From Prochlorococcus sp. MIT 0801 (GTDB taxonomy: Bacteria; Cyanobacteriota; Cyanobacteriia; PCC-6307; Cyanobiaceae): a stretch of 32,000 bases of DNA. Positions within the stretch are counted from its first letter, which is position 1, and each line of letters starts with the position of its first letter. Made by a program: the position numbers and the translations under genes. The stretch covers positions 1,897,204-1,929,203 of the forward strand of contig NZ_CP007754.1 in assembly GCF_000757865.1 (NCBI RefSeq), given 5' to 3'. Below the pieces are notes generated by a model. The model had not been told where the DNA came from. It did no database searches and worked only from the letters and a program-made list of their open reading frames with translations. Of this stretch, positions 28,447-32,000 are shown one piece after another.

Positions 28447-30306
28447 ATGGCCGAAGAATTAAGCGATTTTATTGAAGCCTCAGGTCTACTTTTGTATGAC
28501 CCAGCGGCTATTGACTCAATCTACAAAAAAAATCCAATTCGTCTACTTAGAAGACTTTGGCAGACACTTTTACCAATTGGATTATTTTTACTTGGCGTTG
28601 GATGGGAAAAGTTAATTGGTTCTCTAGAAAAAAATGAAAGAAAAACTTTTAGAGCGAAAGAATTTACAAACCTACTTGTAGAGTTAGGACCAGCATTCAT
28701 TAAAGCTGGACAAGCGCTATCAACCAGACCAGACATTGTTCCTCCAACTGTTTTAGAAGAATTAGCACAACTTCAAGATCAACTACCTGGCTTTGAAAGT
28801 AAGCTCGCAATGGCTTGTATTGAACAAGATTTAGAGGATAAAATAGACAACATATTTGAAGAGATAGATAAAGAACCGATTTCAGCTGCATCTTTAGGGC
28901 AAGTTCATAAAGCAATACTCAAAAGTGGAGAAAAAGTTGCTGTTAAAGTTCAAAGACCAGGATTAAGAGAACAAATCACTTTAGATTTATACATAGTAAG
29001 AAATATAGCGATATGGTTTAAAAATAATATTGGGATTATTAGAAGTGATCTAGTTGCATTAATAGACGAGCTAGGTAAAAGAATATTTGAGGAAATGGAC
29101 TACATTAATGAAGCAAATAATGCCGAAAAATTTAAGAATCTTCATAGCGAAAATCATAAAATTGCAGTACCCAAAATTTATAGAAAAGCAACAAGTAGAA
29201 GAGTGCTTACAATGGAATGGATCGATGGGATAAAATTAACAAATATAGAAGCTGTAAAAAATTTAGGAATTGATCCAAATGAGATGGTGGAAATTGGAGT
29301 AAGTTGCAGTCTTCAGCAACTGATTGAACACGGTTTTTTTCACGCCGATCCACATCCAGGTAATATCTTAGCAATGGAAGATGGTCGATTATGTTATTTA
29401 GACTTTGGAATGATGAGTGATATAACACAAGAATCTAGGGTTGGATTAATTAGAGCAGTTGTTCATCTAGTAAACAGAAGATTTGATAAACTTTCTTATG
29501 ATTTTGTTCAACTAGGATTTCTTTCTGAAGAAGTTGATTTAACACCTATTGCTCCTGCATTTGAAAGTGTTTTTACTAGTGCTTTGGAGATAGGCGTAAA
29601 CAAAATGGACTTTAAGGCAGTAACAGATGATATGTCGGGAATTATGTATAAATTTCCTTTTAAATTACCACCCTATTATGCACTAATAATTAGATCTCTA
29701 ATTACTCTTGAAGGAATAGCTCTTAGTGTTGATCCTAATTTTAAAATATTAGGAGCTGCGTATCCTTATTTCGCAAGAAGGCTAATAGAAGATGAAAACC
29801 CAGAATTAAGAGATAGTTTAAAAGAAATGCTTTTTGATGAAAATAGCCTTAAATTAGAAAAATTAGACGATCTTCTAACAAGTGCTACAAAAGAAAAACA
29901 ACTAGATAGTGAAAAAATATTAGATCAAACAATTGATTTTTTATTTTCGAAGAAAGGTCTTATTCTTAGAAATGAATTAATAAATATCATAGCTTCAAAA
30001 ATAGACTCTATTGGATGGAAGACTGTAATTAAATTAAATGAAAAGTTACCGTCAAAAATTCGCTCAAAAACTATACAAAATTCATCTAAAATTAATAATA
30101 AACAAATTATAAACTTATCATCGATAAAAAAAATATTTAGAAAATCGAAAATGAAATCTGGTTTTAAAAGAAAAATATTTTTTAAGAAATTACCAAAAAT
30201 TCTGATTACTAAAGACACCTATAATATGGGTTTGGGTTTAATGAAAAGAACATCAGAAAAAGGAATAATTAGACTAGTTAAGGTTGCGGCCGGCGTAATA
30301 CAATAA
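28447..30306 (+). CDS. ABC1/UbiB (AarF/ADCK) family atypical kinase
   Basis: 'AASLGQVHKA', 'VAVKVQRPG', 'HADPHPGNIL' and 'YLDFGMM'. A Lys-rich C-terminal extension of about 120 aa. Confidence 0.9.
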   Translation: MAEELSDFIEASGLLLYDPAAIDSIYKKNPIRLLRRLWQTLLPIGLFLLGVGWEKLIGSLEKNERKTFRAKEFTNLLVELGPAFIKAGQALSTRPDIVPPTVLEELAQLQDQLPGFESKLAMACIEQDLEDKIDNIFEEIDKEPISAASLGQVHKAILKSGEKVAVKVQRPGLREQITLDLYIVRNIAIWFKNNIGIIRSDLVALIDELGKRIFEEMDYINEANNAEKFKNLHSENHKIAVPKIYRKATSRRVLTMEWIDGIKLTNIEAVKNLGIDPNEMVEIGVSCSLQQLIEHGFFHADPHPGNILAMEDGRLCYLDFGMMSDITQESRVGLIRAVVHLVNRRFDKLSYDFVQLGFLSEEVDLTPIAPAFESVFTSALEIGVNKMDFKAVTDDMSGIMYKFPFKLPPYYALIIRSLITLEGIALSVDPNFKILGAAYPYFARRLIEDENPELRDSLKEMLFDENSLKLEKLDDLLTSATKEKQLDSEKILDQTIDFLFSKKGLILRNELINIIASKIDSIGWKTVIKLNEKLPSKIRSKTIQNSSKINNKQIINLSSIKKIFRKSKMKSGFKRKIFFKKLPKILITKDTYNMGLGLMKRTSEKGIIRLVKVAAGVIQ

Positions 30307-30867
30307 ATGAATATAAAAAATATATATATCATACTATTAATATTATTTTTCAATCAAAGCGCCAAAGGAGCAGAGAACCTTTTTCTTTATAAAGGAACAT
30401 TTAACAGAAGTATTAAAATAGAAGATCTATATAGATTTCAATTAACTAAAAATTCCAGTAATAAATTAAAAAATCTAATCAAAATAACCGGTCAAAAAGA
30501 AAAAAATTTACACAAGATATTATCTACAAAAATAGAAATTCCGTTGAAAACAAGCAGCAAATTAATGAATAGCCAAATAGGAGAGGTTTTTCTAGGCAGA
30601 TTATCTAAAATAATTTATCCAAATAAGATATCAAACATAGAATTAGGTACTAAAGCAATAAGATCTGGACTTTTACTAAGTTCTTTTAAAAATAATCAAA
30701 AAATTAATCTAATAGATTTTTTTAAAGCGTATCCAAATAAAAATATTGCTATTGATCTTAATGCATTAAGTAAAACCCTTAAAAAAGTAGACTCATTAAA
30801 AGAATTAATCGAATTCTACTCAAATTCACCCTTTAAAAAACTGAAAGATGGAAGGTCTAGCATTTAG
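30307..30867 (+). CDS. secreted DUF1400-like protein (cyanobacterial 'alpha/beta hydrolase of unknown function' family)
   Basis: 186 aa with a signal-peptide-like N-terminus '[17 protein letters not shown]'. The mature start '[23 protein letters not shown]' and '[10 protein letters not shown]' resemble the DUF1400 pattern, recalled from memory. The ATG directly abuts the ABC1 stop (TAAATG). Confidence 0.5.
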   Translation: MNIKNIYIILLILFFNQSAKGAENLFLYKGTFNRSIKIEDLYRFQLTKNSSNKLKNLIKITGQKEKNLHKILSTKIEIPLKTSSKLMNSQIGEVFLGRLSKIIYPNKISNIELGTKAIRSGLLLSSFKNNQKINLIDFFKAYPNKNIAIDLNALSKTLKKVDSLKELIEFYSNSPFKKLKDGRSSI

Positions 30868-30878
30868 ATTGTTTAAAA

Positions 30879-32000
30879 TTGATTAGTAAAGAAGTGTCAT
30901 TTTCTAAGAAATTAAAGCAACTTTTCACTTCTACCCCAAAAAAAAATAATTGGGATGGACTTATAGAAGCATATAAACCCTGGTTACCAGTGACTAAAAA
31001 GACACCCATCATAACTTTGAAAGAAGGTGCAACTCCTCTTATAGAAGTCAAATCCATTTCAAATCGTATTGGAAAAGGGGTAAAAGTATATGTCAAATAT
31101 GACGGTTTAAATCCAACAGGATCATTTAAAGATAGAGGAATGACTATGGCAATCAGTAAAGCTAAAGAAGCTGGTTGTGAAGCTGTAATTTGCGCAAGCA
31201 CTGGTAATACTTCAGCTTCTGCTGCTGCTTATGCAAGCAAAGGAGGAATGAAATCTTTTGTTATTATTCCAGACGGATATGTAGCTCAAGGTAAACTTGC
31301 TCAAGCTTTAGTTTACGGAGCTGAAATATTAGCTATTAAAGGGAATTTTGATAAAGCATTAGATATTGTTAGAGAACTATCTGATAAATACCCAATAAAA
31401 TTAGTTAACTCTGTTAATCCCTATAGGTTACAAGGACAAAAAACGGCAGCATTTGAAATAATAGAAAAACTTGGCAATGCTCCTGATTGGTTATGCATCC
31501 CAATGGGAAATGCAGGAAATATAACTGCTTACTGGATGGGCTTTCAAGAATTTTTTTACGCTGGAAAATCAAAGCATCTCCCAAGAATGATGGGTTTTCA
31601 AGCAAGTGGTTCTGCACCTTTAGTAGAAGGTAAAAGTGTCGTTAATCCAGAGACAATTGCTACTGCAATAAGAATTGGTAATCCTGTTAACAGAGAAAAA
31701 GCCCTTCTAGCAAGAGAATCAAGCAATGGTAAATTTTCTTCCGTATCAGATTCAGAGATAATCAATGCATATAAAATTCTTGGTAGAGAAGAAGGTATTT
31801 TTTGTGAGCCTGCAAGCGCAGCTTCTGTAGCTGGGTTACTAAAAATTAAAGATGATGTGCCAAAAAATTCAACTATTGTTTGTGTTCTAACTGGAAACGG
31901 CCTAAAAGATCCTGATTGCGCAATAAAAAATAATGACTCAATTTTTCATACAGGAATAGAAGCAGAAGTAAATTCAATAACAAAAATGATGGGCTTTTAA
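30879..32000 (+). CDS. thrC: threonine synthase
   Basis: '[14 protein letters not shown]' and the PLP lysine motif 'GSFKDRGMT'. 373 aa, with the stop codon at 31998-32000. No ATG before about residue 87, so the start is TTG 30879 or GTG 30894. Confidence 0.93.
   Translation: MISKEVSFSKKLKQLFTSTPKKNNWDGLIEAYKPWLPVTKKTPIITLKEGATPLIEVKSISNRIGKGVKVYVKYDGLNPTGSFKDRGMTMAISKAKEAGCEAVICASTGNTSASAAAYASKGGMKSFVIIPDGYVAQGKLAQALVYGAEILAIKGNFDKALDIVRELSDKYPIKLVNSVNPYRLQGQKTAAFEIIEKLGNAPDWLCIPMGNAGNITAYWMGFQEFFYAGKSKHLPRMMGFQASGSAPLVEGKSVVNPETIATAIRIGNPVNREKALLARESSNGKFSSVSDSEIINAYKILGREEGIFCEPASAASVAGLLKIKDDVPKNSTIVCVLTGNGLKDPDCAIKNNDSIFHTGIEAEVNSITKMMGF

Noticed and set aside
1-32000. A search for mobile elements, CRISPR arrays, tRNA/rRNA/tmRNA/SRP/6S RNA genes, HIP1 palindromes, and defence or toxin-antitoxin modules.
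   Set aside because: - No intergenic gap exceeds 199 nt.
- No direct-repeat arrays and no tRNA-like GTTCGAATC-type arms were seen.
- No GC-rich structured RNA candidates were seen.
- No complete GCGATCGC was seen.
- No transposase, integrase, nuclease or helicase-type accessory ORFs were seen.
- Every large ORF is a housekeeping family.

Overview
The window is a compact, AT-rich stretch with almost no gaps. GC is roughly mid-30s percent, judged from a few hand-counted lines and not computed. It carries 26 protein-coding genes on both strands. I found no rRNA, tRNA, CRISPR array, transposase, integrase, phage or defence-type genes.

Several features point to the conserved core genome of a marine picocyanobacterium, most likely a Prochlorococcus-type genome. 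This is an inference and no database search was possible.
- Cyanobacteria- or plastid-lineage families are present: Tic20/Ycf60-like, VTE5-like phytol kinase, bidomain sucrose-phosphate synthase, DUF3134-like and DUF1400-like.
- HIP1 (GCGATCGC) palindromes are absent.
- Intergenic spacers are very short.
- Shine-Dalgarno sequences are rare.

Gene order is: MFS transporter, ppk, group-2-like sigma factor, phytol-kinase-like, aroG(-), acnB, ClC channel, Wzy_C/IctB-like(-), purU(-), thiO-like, dnaK(-), aroE, Tic20-like, rpsF, argG(-), two small membrane ORFs(-), DUF3134-like, mraY, a 79-aa ORF, sps(-), uvrA(-), recN(-), ABC1 kinase, DUF1400-like, thrC.

I do not see a convincing novel multi-gene system. 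Every large ORF falls into a known housekeeping family. The items worth a second look are all modest:
- two unassigned small membrane ORFs, with a palindromic divergent promoter region next to them
- a LexA-box-like imperfect palindrome upstream of recN
- a GC-rich hairpin in the dnaK/aroE spacer
- degenerate HAD motifs in the SPP-like domain of SPS
- an atypical ClC selectivity motif
- several tightly coupled gene pairs of unexplained logic: purU with Wzy_C-like, mraY with the 79-aa ORF, ABC1 kinase with DUF1400-like, and sigma factor with phytol kinase
- six genes that must use non-ATG start codons
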